The notes under the pieces: generated by a model
The model's database searches: none
Seen by the model: only the letters and a program-made list of their open reading frames with translations
What the model was told of the DNA's origin: nothing
Shown here: piece after piece, positions 10,272 to 19,366 of the stretch
How positions within the stretch are numbered: the first letter of the stretch is position 1
Layout: each line of letters starts with the position of its first letter
Made by a program: the position numbers and the translations under genes
Assembly: GCA_044229975.1 (NCBI GenBank)
Contig: JBGARZ010000011.1
Coordinates: 290,784 to 354,783 of the forward strand
Direction of reading: 5' to 3'
DNA length: 64,000 nt
DNA from: Polyangiales bacterium
Lineage (GTDB): Bacteria; Myxococcota_A; Polyangia; Polyangiales; Ga0077539

Positions 10272-12611
10272 TCAGCGCGCGACGCAGAGCGCGAAGCGAC
10301 CGGAGACGGTGTTGCCGACGGAGCACCACGACGACGACTCGGCGCCGCACGACGCGGTGTTGCCGATCCAGTGGGTGCCCATGTACTGGTAGACGCCGAA
10401 GAGGGCGGGGCACTGGGGCGGATCGGTGCCGCAGAGGGTCTGCGCGAGGCGCTGCATGGGATTGCCGCAGCTGTTCTCGAAGTTCATCTGGCGGCAGAGG
10501 CCGTCGTTGTAGGTGCAGCCCGACACGCCGGTGCAAGGCGCCGTGAGCCCCGCGCCGTTGCACGCCGCCAGCACGTTGGCGTCCGTCAACAACCCCGGCA
10601 CCGGAACCCGGTACCATGTGATGCCGCCCGCCACGCCGACCACCGTCGCCGACACGCACGACCCGCTGGTGCAGGTGCCCGACGAGCAGACGTTGCCGCA
10701 CGACCCGCAGTTGGTGTTGTCCGACGAGAGCGTGCGGCACACCCCCGAGCAGTTGGTCTGCCCCGCGCCGCACACCACCACGCACGACCCGCCCACGCAC
10801 GCGCGCCCGGCGCCGCACGCGTTGCCGCAGGCGCCGCAGTGGCTGGCGTCCGTGCTCGTGTCGCGGCACGCCCCGCTGCACAGCGCGAGCCCCGCGCCGC
10901 ACACCGACCCGCAGACGCCCGCCGAGCACACGCGCCCCGCGCCGCACGCCGTCCCGCACGCGCCGCAGTTGGCGTTGTCCGTCGCGAGCGAGCGGCACAC
11001 GCCCGAGCAGTTGCTCGTCCCGGCCGTGCACGACACCACGCACGACCCACCCACGCAGCGGTTGCCCGCCGGGCAGACGTTGGTGCAGCTCCCGCAGCGG
11101 TTGACGTCCGTCTGGAGGTCGCGGCACACGCCGTCGCAGGCGTTGAGCCCGCTGGCGCACACCACCTCGCAGCGGCCCGCCGTGCAGACCTGGCCCGCGA
11201 TGCAGGTCGTCCCGCACGCGCCGCAGTTCTCGCGGTCGCGCAGCAGGTCGCGGCACGTCCCGCCGCAGTTGGTCGTTCCGCCGCCGCACGACAGCGTGCA
11301 CACGCCCGCCGAGCACACCTGGCCCGTCGTGCACGTGCGCCCGCACGCCCCGCAGTGGGCGCGGTCGGTGGTGAGGTCGCGGCACGTCCCCGAGCACTCG
11401 CTCAGGCCCGCGCCGCAGCTCACGGTGCACACACCCGCCGAGCACACCTGGCCCGCGTCGCAGGTCGTCCCGCACGCGCCGCAGTTGCGGCGATCGGTGT
11501 CGAGGTCGCGGCACGCGCCCGAGCAGTTGCTGAGCCCCGCGCCGCAGCTCACGGTGCACGCCCCCGCCGAGCACACCTGCCCCTCGGCGCACGCCGTCCC
11601 GCACGCGCCGCAGTTTGCGCGGTCGGTCTGCGTGTCGCGGCACGTCCCCGAGCACTCGCTGAGCCCCGCGCCGCAGCTCACGGTGCACACGCCCGCGGAG
11701 CACACCTGACCCGCGGCGCAGGCCGTCCCGCACGCGCCGCAGTTGGCGCGGTCGCTCGCGAGGTCGCGGCACGTCCCGGTGCAGTCCGTGGCGCCGCCCG
11801 CGCACGAGAGAACACACCGCGCATCCGCGCAGATCTGCCCGGCCGCGCAGGCGCTGCCGCACGTCCCGCAGTTGGCGCGGTCGCTGCGGAGGTCACGACA
11901 CGTCCCGGCGCAGTCGCTCAGGCCGGTGACGCACGACACCGCGCAGCGGCCGCCGATGCACACCTGGCCGTCGCCGCAGGCCATGCCGCAGCCGCCGCAG
12001 TGGGAGCGGTCGGTCTGCGTGTCGCGGCACGTCCCCGAGCAGTTCTGCAGGCCGCTCACGCACGACACCACGCAGCGGCCGTCGGTGCAGATCTGCCCGT
12101 CGCCGCAGGCCATCCCGCAGCCGCCGCAGTTGGAGCGGTCGTTGCGCGGGTTGGCGCAGTAGCGCTCGGCGCCCGCGTCGCTGCTCACGTTGATGGGTCC
12201 CTGACAGAGCTGGAGCGACGCGCCGCACTCCAGCGCGCAGCGGCCCATGGCGCAGACGAGGCCCGCGCCGCACGCCGTCCCGCACGCGCCGCAGTTCGAC
12301 CGATCGGTGTCGGTGGTGACGCAGCGATCGCCGCACAGCACCTGCCCCGTCGGGCACGACGCCTGGCAGGCGCCCGCGACGCAGACCTGGGTGCGCGGGC
12401 ACGCGCGGCCGCAGGCGCCGCAGTGGTCGCCGTCGTCCTGGAGCGACACGCACGACCCGCCGCACGCGACCTGCGGCGCGGTGCAGGTGACGTCGAAGCC
12501 GGCGTCCATGGGGGTGACCACGCCGCTGACGAGGGGTTCGCTGCTACAGCCGAGCGCGAGGGCGACGAGGAAGAGGGCGAAAGCGGCGACGGGGGACATG
12601 GTGCGGCGCAT
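10272..12611 (-). CDS. Cys-rich repeat lipoprotein (Stig1-like tandem repeats) with distinct Cys-rich C-terminal tip domain
   Basis: Lipobox LALGC; about 15 roughly 40-aa repeats CSGTCRD...DRANCGACGTAC..GQVC; unique C-terminal 120 aa. Confidence 0.88.
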   Translation of the reverse strand: MRRTMSPVAAFALFLVALALGCSSEPLVSGVVTPMDAGFDVTCTAPQVACGGSCVSLQDDGDHCGACGRACPRTQVCVAGACQASCPTGQVLCGDRCVTTDTDRSNCGACGTACGAGLVCAMGRCALECGASLQLCQGPINVSSDAGAERYCANPRNDRSNCGGCGMACGDGQICTDGRCVVSCVSGLQNCSGTCRDTQTDRSHCGGCGMACGDGQVCIGGRCAVSCVTGLSDCAGTCRDLRSDRANCGTCGSACAAGQICADARCVLSCAGGATDCTGTCRDLASDRANCGACGTACAAGQVCSAGVCTVSCGAGLSECSGTCRDTQTDRANCGACGTACAEGQVCSAGACTVSCGAGLSNCSGACRDLDTDRRNCGACGTTCDAGQVCSAGVCTVSCGAGLSECSGTCRDLTTDRAHCGACGRTCTTGQVCSAGVCTLSCGGGTTNCGGTCRDLLRDRENCGACGTTCIAGQVCTAGRCEVVCASGLNACDGVCRDLQTDVNRCGSCTNVCPAGNRCVGGSCVVSCTAGTSNCSGVCRSLATDNANCGACGTACGAGRVCSAGVCGSVCGAGLALCSGACRDTSTDASHCGACGNACGAGRACVGGSCVVVCGAGQTNCSGVCRTLSSDNTNCGSCGNVCSSGTCTSGSCVSATVVGVAGGITWYRVPVPGLLTDANVLAACNGAGLTAPCTGVSGCTYNDGLCRQMNFENSCGNPMQRLAQTLCGTDPPQCPALFGVYQYMGTHWIGNTASCGAESSSWCSVGNTVSGRFALCVAR

Positions 12612-12769
12612 CGAGAGGGCTCCTTCGGTGGGGAGGAGGGCAGCGTATGCGAAGGGCGCCGACGGGGGCGAGCGGATGATGAAGCGCACCGATGCGCGTC
12701 ATCGGTGACGCGGGCGTTGGCGATGGAGCACTACACCGCGGACGACGAGAAGATCCAACCGAGCGGTTC

Positions 12770-13258
12770 GCGGAGCCCGGCCGCATGGCGCGAATCTCCG
12801 CGAGCCAACGCGCGACCGTCGCCTCGAGCGATGGGTACGACGCGCTCAAGACGCGGCACAGCAGGCGTTCGAGGTTCTGGAGATCGTCGAGACCACCGAG
12901 GGTGGGGCCGTCCGCGCGCCAGGCGACCCCACGAAGCGCAACAGACTCCTCTGCCGCTCGCGAGAGACTCCACGTCTCGCCGCCAGGGTCGCGCGAGACC
13001 GACCACGGTGACGCGACCGACGAGAGGTCTCCAAGCGCGCCGTGGACCCGATCGACGAACGCACCCGGTTGGTCACCATCAGGGTCGAACACGAAGGCCA
13101 CGCGGTCGTATCGCGCCGATGGTGAGCGTCGCATCGCGTTCCAGGCGCAACCTCGCGCCGGAATTCCCGCCCGCAGTGGCGCCGAACAATCGCTTGCCGA
13201 TCTCGATCAACGCAGAGACGTCGTCGGGTCCTTCAACGAGGACGAGGCGCTGGCTCAC
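12770..13258 (-). pseudogene. Disrupted TOPRIM-like (DUF3226/DUF4435-like) partner of the upstream ABC-type ATPase
   Basis: GTG overlaps the ATPase stop; MSQRLVLVEGPDD stops early; a different frame carries VAFVFDPDG (DxD) and QNLERLL. 3' boundary approximate. Confidence 0.65.
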
Positions 13259-14307
13259 GCGCGGAGGTCCTGCGCGAGCTCCTCGCGAACGTAGCGGGCG
13301 CTCTCTCCGTTCACTACGGTCGCGCGCAAAACGCCCTCAGTCAGCCGGAGCCGATGCACGGTCGGCAGCGATCCACCGTCGCCCTCAGGAAGCTGCAGCA
13401 GCAGGTCGATGAGCTCCATGCTGTGGGTCGACAGAATCACCTGCGTACCCAGGGCGACCGCGTCGCGGAGCACGACGGCGAGCTCACCCAGGTAGCGCGG
13501 GTGCTGAAAGCTCTCGGGCTCTTCGAGCAGCACGACGCCACCGTCGCCCGCGTCGTAGACCTGCGCCGCGACCTCCAGAAAACGCTTGAAGCCGTCGCCC
13601 GCGAGGTAGGCCGGCACCGTCGGCGCGTCCCCGTGGATCGCGTGCAGCACGAAGTCGTCCTCGACCTTGAGGATGCGAAGATCCGTAAGCGTCGGCATCG
13701 CCCGTTGTAGCGAGCCGACCACTCGCGCCACGCGGCGCTGTTTCTCCAGCTTCGAGTAGGCGTCCTCCAGCGCGCCCGGCGCTCGCACCGCCTCGACGTC
13801 GACGAAGCTGCCTGGGAAGGGGGTGGTGACCTCCCCATGTTCCACATAGGTCTCCGAGAAGCGACGCGCCGAATCGACATGCGCGATGGACGAAGAGGAG
13901 TTGACCCGACCGGCCCACTCGAAGCTCGCCTGCGTCTGCAATGGTCGCATGGGCTCCGTCAGCTCATGTTCACGGGCCTCGCGAAGGAGATCAGGCTGGC
14001 GGATGGAGGGCAGCAACAAGGCGACGGAGCAACGCCGCCCATCAGGGCCGGTTGCTTCCACCAACGCGCTCTTCGCCGTCCCGTGCACCACATGCCGGGC
14101 CGCATGAAGCGCAGGCCCTCCGCGCCGCAGCAACGTCCGCCAGATGTTCGCCGCGTCGACCCCGGCGCTCACCGCCCAGATGGCCTCCAACACGGTCGAC
14201 TTCCCGCAGTTGTTGGGGCCTACCAGGATGCTCATCGGCGACAACCCCTCCAGGACGCCGTCTCGAATGCCGCGAAGGTTCTGGATCGTCACGCGCTCGA
14301 TGCTCAT
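13255..14307 (-). CDS. AAA_15/AAA_21 (ABC-like, OLD/AbiEii-type) ATPase
   Basis: IQNLRGI, Walker A GPNNCGKS, LAGDG signature, Walker B LLEEPE, STHS H-loop. Confidence 0.9.
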   Translation of the reverse strand: MSIERVTIQNLRGIRDGVLEGLSPMSILVGPNNCGKSTVLEAIWAVSAGVDAANIWRTLLRRGGPALHAARHVVHGTAKSALVEATGPDGRRCSVALLLPSIRQPDLLREAREHELTEPMRPLQTQASFEWAGRVNSSSSIAHVDSARRFSETYVEHGEVTTPFPGSFVDVEAVRAPGALEDAYSKLEKQRRVARVVGSLQRAMPTLTDLRILKVEDDFVLHAIHGDAPTVPAYLAGDGFKRFLEVAAQVYDAGDGGVVLLEEPESFQHPRYLGELAVVLRDAVALGTQVILSTHSMELIDLLLQLPEGDGGSLPTVHRLRLTEGVLRATVVNGESARYVREELAQDLRA

Positions 14308-14416
14308 CGCTGCGACCGAACCCTACGCCGTCTTCGCGCTCTGGTGTCAACGGCGCTCGGCGCTCCTGAGGTTCACGGCAAGACCACCCGCCCCGCGCGG
14401 CGTAGTCTCTCGCACC

Positions 14417-15235
14417 ATGAGCCCACCCACGCTCACCGCCCTTCGCTCGGCGCTCCCCGTCGCGCTCTCGGTCGCGGCCCTGCTCGCGCCCGCGGCGGCA
14501 TCCGCCCAGCTCCTGCGACGCGCGTCCGAGACCGTGCACACCGGCTCGTCCAACCGGCGCCGCGACGACAACGACTCGCCCTCCCCGTCGCCCTCCACGC
14601 CGTCCTCTTCTTCGTCGTCGTCCTCTGGTCGCGGCAATCGCTGGCTCCGACCGCGGGCCTTTCTGCCGTGCCCGTACGCCTGGGGCTACCAGGGCTACGC
14701 GGCGCCCGTCACCACGGCCCAGCACAGCGGGCGCGGCCTCGCGGTCATCACCACGCTCGACGGCGGCCTCGCCCTCTCGTCCGTCGGGCGCGGCGGCTTC
14801 GGGCTGCGGGTGCTGGGCTCGGTGCTGGAGTTCGAGCTGCGACTCAACGCCTTCGTCGAGCCCGCCGCCGAACAGACCACCTGGGTCGGCCTCGGGCGCT
14901 ACCGCGGCGCGGTGGCCCTCGCCGACAGCGCCGACGTACGACTGCGCTTCTTCGGCGGACTGCTCCATTGGGTCGACGACCGCGGGAGCGAGTTTGGCTT
15001 CGAGGGTGGCCTCGGCGTCGACGCGTTTCCGGGCGAACCCTGGGTGCTCTCCTTCGATGTGTCGGGCGGCCTCGTCGGGCGCGCCGGGCTCGTGGGCCTG
15101 CGCGGAACCGTCGGCTACCTCTTCGGGCCCGTCGAGGTTCAGGTCGGCTGGCAGCACGAGTCGCTCATCCCGACGGTGAGCGGCGGCAACGTCGACCTGA
15201 GCGGTCCGTTGGTGGGCTTGCGGCTCTGGCGGTAG
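14417..15235 (+). CDS. Secreted, probable outer-membrane beta-barrel protein
   Basis: Signal peptide ending ASA-Q, Ser-rich linker, alternating amphipathic strands, terminal LRLWR. Confidence 0.6.
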   Translation: MSPPTLTALRSALPVALSVAALLAPAAASAQLLRRASETVHTGSSNRRRDDNDSPSPSPSTPSSSSSSSSGRGNRWLRPRAFLPCPYAWGYQGYAAPVTTAQHSGRGLAVITTLDGGLALSSVGRGGFGLRVLGSVLEFELRLNAFVEPAAEQTTWVGLGRYRGAVALADSADVRLRFFGGLLHWVDDRGSEFGFEGGLGVDAFPGEPWVLSFDVSGGLVGRAGLVGLRGTVGYLFGPVEVQVGWQHESLIPTVSGGNVDLSGPLVGLRLWR

Positions 15236-15832
15236 GTGCCTCCCTCCACGCTCCCTCCCGAGCTGCTCGTCGGCGCCCTCGTCGTGGCGCTGCTGCTCGT
15301 CGTCGTGCAGACCGCGCGGCTCGCCTTCGCGCGCTCGCTCCCGCGCCGTCGCCTCCAGGCCGCGCGCGTCGCGGGCGCCGACGGCGAAGCGCGGGCCGAG
15401 CCGCTCCTGCGCTCGCTCGGCTACGCCATCGTCGCGCGACAGGCGCCCGCCACCTACGACCTCACCGTCGACGGCGAGCCCTGCGCCGTCGCCCTGCGCG
15501 CGGACCTCCTCGTCGAGCGCGGCGGCCGTCGCTTCGTCGCCGAGGTGAAGACCGGGCGACTCGCGCCTCGCCTGGAGACGCCCGCCACGCGGCGACAACT
15601 GCTGGAGTACCGCGTGGCCTTCGACGTGGACGGGGTGCTGCTCGTCGACGTCGACGCGGGGCGGGTGCACACGCTGGAGTTTCCCGAGGGGCCGTCGCGC
15701 GCGGCGGAGTCGGGCGGCGCGTGGCTCGCGTGGCTGCTGGTGGGCGGAGCGCTCGGCGTCGGTGCGATGGTCGCGTGGCAGCGGGCGCCGGCGACGACGG
15801 CGAGATCGGCGACGACGGGCGGCGGGCGGTGA
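15236..15832 (+). CDS. Membrane-anchored PD-(D/E)XK nuclease-like protein
   Basis: N- and C-terminal TM segments; GEARA...ADLLV...AEVKTG motif. Confidence 0.65.
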   Translation: MPPSTLPPELLVGALVVALLLVVVQTARLAFARSLPRRRLQAARVAGADGEARAEPLLRSLGYAIVARQAPATYDLTVDGEPCAVALRADLLVERGGRRFVAEVKTGRLAPRLETPATRRQLLEYRVAFDVDGVLLVDVDAGRVHTLEFPEGPSRAAESGGAWLAWLLVGGALGVGAMVAWQRAPATTARSATTGGGR

Positions 15833-15842
15833 GGAGCGACGG

Positions 15843-16086
15843 CCCGCTGGGCCGGAGTTCGCGGGCCCCCATTACGGGTGCGTGCAGTCGCTCACTCCGG
15901 GCTATTTCACGTCGTCACCTCGCTGCGCGAGGTTGCAGCACTGGCTTCGATGAGCAACCCATCGACTTGTTCATCGCCAGCCGAGAGTTACTGCAACCTC
16001 GCGCAGCGAGGTGACCACGTGAAATAGCCCGGAGTGAGCGACTGCACGCACCCGTAATGGGGGCCCGCGAACTCCGGCCCAGCGGG
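15843..16086. repeat. Long palindrome B (same family as A): 96-bp arms with 1 mismatch, 52-bp spacer
   Basis: 15843-15938 vs 15991-16086; shares CCGGAGTTC and CACTCCGGGCTATTTCACG with A. Confidence 0.95.
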
Positions 16087-16155
16087 GTCAGTGACGGTCT
16101 CGGCGGTGAGGGCCAACGCCACCCCGCCCCCCCCGATGGCACCTGTGCATAGACG

Positions 16156-16830
16156 ATGAGATGCCCCCCTCGCCTGGACCGTCGTGCTGCTCGCGGCGTG
16201 CTCCGATCGCGGCGCCGCGGCCCCCTCGTCGTGCCTGCGCTCCGACTTCAACCTCGCCGTCTTCAATGGCTACATCGACGAGCTCGACGTGCGCTTCAGC
16301 AGCGACGACGACCCGCCCACGCCCATCACCGACTTCGTCTGCGCCGCCGACCTCGGAACCTCCGGCGGCACCGTGCAGCAACCCCTGGAGGCCGCATATG
16401 GCGCGCTCATCGGCCACGAAGCGCGGGAGCGCGCGGGCAACACCGACCCCAACGCTGGGTTCGTTCGCCCCGACGCGGCGCTCGCCCTGCTGGTGATCTC
16501 CCCCGGCGACGCCTCGGTGCGCGACTGCCACCACGCCGAAGCGGGCGTGGCCTGCGAGGACGCCACGGACGTCTTCGACCCCGCGAGCACACGATGGTCC
16601 GGGACTTCGCTCGCCGAGCGCCTCACAGGCTACGCCGACGGGTCATCGCAAGATCCGACCTGGGCGCTCGACCGCTACATGGACCCGCGACGGCCCGAAC
16701 GCGGCTTGACCGGACTCAAGCCGGGACGCCCCGAAAACGTGGTGTTCGCGGTGGCGACGGAGGCCCCGTACGAGGTGCCGATGACCCGCAGCCTGACCAC
16801 CGACTGGGAGTGGGGTTGGCGCTCAGCAAC
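16156..16830 (+). pseudogene. Remnant of a myxobacterial vWA-like lipoprotein (frameshifted start, 3' truncated)
   Basis: VLLAAC lipobox is out of frame with ATG 16156 by one base in a C6 run; GTSG..QQPLEAA..AL...NAGFVRPDAALA motif; plausible coding ends where the convergent ATPase gene ends. Confidence 0.5.
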
Positions 16831-18394
16831 CCACGAGGTGGATGACGCGTCCGCCGACGACGAGGTCGCGTTGAAACAATCGCTCCGTCCACTGCGTCGT
16901 CGCGCGCAGGTCGAAGAGAACGAGCCAGCCCTCGGCGAGACCCAGCGAGTCGAGGTAACGGACGATCTGCTCGTGGGCCTCATCCTCGGTCTCCGTGTCG
17001 CGCCGGAGCTTCGTCTCGATCACGATGGACTGGGTCTTCCAGACGACGAGGAGATCGAGCGCGCCCTTCCCCAGGGCGTACTCACGCTCGATGCGGCCGC
17101 CGCCGTTCACGATGCGTTGCAGGAAGGCCATGAGCATCAGGTGCGGCCCCGACTCGCGGTACGAGAACCCGTCGGCCGCGAGGTGGCCGTCCTTGCGCCA
17201 GAAGGTCTGCCACGCGGCCATGATCTTCGAGACGTCGAGACTCCCGTCGGCCCCCACGTACCAGAGCGTGCGCTCGGCGAGCGACTCCTGCGCGGCGGCT
17301 GTGAGCGCCCGCGGGATGACCTCCCGATAGATCGGGTTGGCGACCTCCCAGCCCCCGTCGGCTCGCCGCAGGAGCCCGAGGCCCACGACGTATTGCAGGT
17401 CGGCGTCGACGTCGTTGAAGGGCAGCCTTCCACCAGCGAGCAGCGGGTCGAGCACGCGCCTCACCCGCGGCTCCTGCAACCGCGCGAGGAGCGAGTCGAG
17501 GTGCGTGCGGCGCTCCAGGATCATCGCGTCCTTCGCGGCGTCGATGTGCGCCGCGGTGACCGGCCTGGTACGGTCGCGCTCCTGTCGGTCGACGGCGTGG
17601 TCGGCGAGGGCGTTCACGAGCCATGGCTGGCCCTGCGAGAGCGACCACGCGCGCTCGACGGCGGCGTCCTCGAAGCGCTGCCCAGTGGACGCCGTGTGCT
17701 GTTCGAGGAGCTCGCCCACCTCGGGGCGCGTGAAGGCCGCGAGCGTCACGAGCTCGGCGGTCACGTTGAAAGGGGAGCTCGTGCCGAGCCAGCTCACCGC
17801 GCGGCGGTCGTCCTGCGACAGGGTGTAGTCGCGGATCGCGCGCATCCCGACGAGCACCACGCTCTGGGGCGCGGGCGACACCTTACGCGAGATGTAGAGC
17901 GCCCGCAGTTGCGTGAGAAACGACACCATCGCCGCGCCCACCAGACCGTCGGCCTCGTCGACGAGGAGCACGAGCGGGCGCGCGCTCGCCGCGCAGAGCG
18001 CCGTCACGTAGCGCACGAGCGCGGTGCCAGGCGTGGTGAGCCACTCGTCCACCGCTCCGGCATCAGGTCGCGCGAGGTCGGGCGCGAGGAGCCCGACCCA
18101 GCGATCGAACTCGTTGAGCACGGCGCGCATGGCGGTCGGCACGTCGGCGGTCTCACGAGCGGCCTGGATGTCGACGAGGAGCGCGCGCGGTCCGTCGCCG
18201 GTGGCGTAGTGCTCGACGAGCCACTGGAGGCTGGTGGTCTTGCCTGTCTGCCGACCCGCCGCGAGCACGAGCCAGCGCGCCTGCGCAATGAGCTCCATCG
18301 GGCGCCCGAGCCGACGCTCGGGCGGGAGCATGTAGTGGTCGTCGCGGTTGCAGGGCCCGGACGTGTTGAAGTAGCGCGCGCGGGTCTCGATCAC
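16823..18394 (-). CDS. AAA-like ATPase with C-terminal PD-(D/E)XK nuclease
   Basis: FNTSGPC, GRQTGKTT, LLVDEAD, SPFNV, GQPWLVN, EREYALGKGALDL...IETK. Confidence 0.88.
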   Translation of the reverse strand: MIETRARYFNTSGPCNRDDHYMLPPERRLGRPMELIAQARWLVLAAGRQTGKTTSLQWLVEHYATGDGPRALLVDIQAARETADVPTAMRAVLNEFDRWVGLLAPDLARPDAGAVDEWLTTPGTALVRYVTALCAASARPLVLLVDEADGLVGAAMVSFLTQLRALYISRKVSPAPQSVVLVGMRAIRDYTLSQDDRRAVSWLGTSSPFNVTAELVTLAAFTRPEVGELLEQHTASTGQRFEDAAVERAWSLSQGQPWLVNALADHAVDRQERDRTRPVTAAHIDAAKDAMILERRTHLDSLLARLQEPRVRRVLDPLLAGGRLPFNDVDADLQYVVGLGLLRRADGGWEVANPIYREVIPRALTAAAQESLAERTLWYVGADGSLDVSKIMAAWQTFWRKDGHLAADGFSYRESGPHLMLMAFLQRIVNGGGRIEREYALGKGALDLLVVWKTQSIVIETKLRRDTETEDEAHEQIVRYLDSLGLAEGWLVLFDLRATTQWTERLFQRDLVVGGRVIHLVGC

Positions 18395-18433
18395 GGCGCT
18401 CTTCTCGTACCACCGCTCCCCTCGCGGGGGGAG

Positions 18434-19366
18434 CTACGCCCGGCGGATGCGCGGGTCGAGCGCGGCGTACAGCAGGTCCGTCACCAGGCTGCCCAACACG
18501 ATCCCGGTCGAGGCCAGCAGCACCGTGCCCATCATCACCGGGAGGTCCATCCCTGTGATGGCCTCGAAGGCCAACCGCCCGAGGCCCGGCCACGCGAAGA
18601 TCGCCTCGGTCACGATCGCCCCCGAGAACAGCGCGCCAAACGACAACCCCAGCGACGTCAGCACCGGCAGCAGCGCATTCCGCAGCGCGTGCTTCACCAC
18701 CACCGCCACCGGTCCCAACCCCTTCGCGCGCGCCGTTCGCACGTACTCCGATTGGAGCACCTCGGTCATCTCGCCGCGGACCAGCCGCGCCTCGGAGCCC
18801 GTCCCGATGAGGCCGATGACCATCGCGGGCAGCACCCCGTGCCACACATGGTCGAGCGCCGTCGTCCCGTAGCCCCCGATGGGAAACAGCCCCCACTGAT
18901 AGGCCACCACCAACAAGAACAACTTCCCCGACAGAAAGGTCGGCGTCGACAGGCCCACGAAGGTCGCGCCCAGCACCACCGACTCGGTGCGCGTTCCCTT
19001 CCGCAACGCCGCGACAGTCCCCGCGAAGATGCCCACCACCAACTGGAACACGATCGTCATCACGCCCAGCAGCATCGTGCGCGGGAGGCGCTGCGCGATG
19101 AGCGTTCGCACGGGCTGCCGGTAGCGGAAGCTCCGCCCGAGATCGCCCTGCACCAGGTTGCCCATGTAGCGGGCGTACTGCTCCAGAGGCGGGCGATCGA
19201 GGTGGTAGAAGCGGCGGATGTACGCGCGGTCGAGGTCGCTCGCGTGCGGCCCCGCGATGGTGGCCACCGGGTCGCTGATGCGAAGCGTCCCGAAGAAGGT
19301 CACCGTCGCCACGAACCACAGCACCAGCACGCTCCACCCGAGGCGCCGCAGGAGGAAGCGGATCAT
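18434..19366 (-). CDS. Peptide ABC transporter permease (DppB/OppB family)
   Basis: GDLGRSF, EYVRTARAKGL, HALRNAL, E.IFAWPGLG, LDPRIR. Confidence 0.93.
   Translation of the reverse strand: MIRFLLRRLGWSVLVLWFVATVTFFGTLRISDPVATIAGPHASDLDRAYIRRFYHLDRPPLEQYARYMGNLVQGDLGRSFRYRQPVRTLIAQRLPRTMLLGVMTIVFQLVVGIFAGTVAALRKGTRTESVVLGATFVGLSTPTFLSGKLFLLVVAYQWGLFPIGGYGTTALDHVWHGVLPAMVIGLIGTGSEARLVRGEMTEVLQSEYVRTARAKGLGPVAVVVKHALRNALLPVLTSLGLSFGALFSGAIVTEAIFAWPGLGRLAFEAITGMDLPVMMGTVLLASTGIVLGSLVTDLLYAALDPRIRRA

Noticed and set aside
4865..12611. Diversity-generating retroelement acting on the tip domains
   Set aside because: No reverse transcriptase and no template/variable repeat pair differing at adenines seen in the window.
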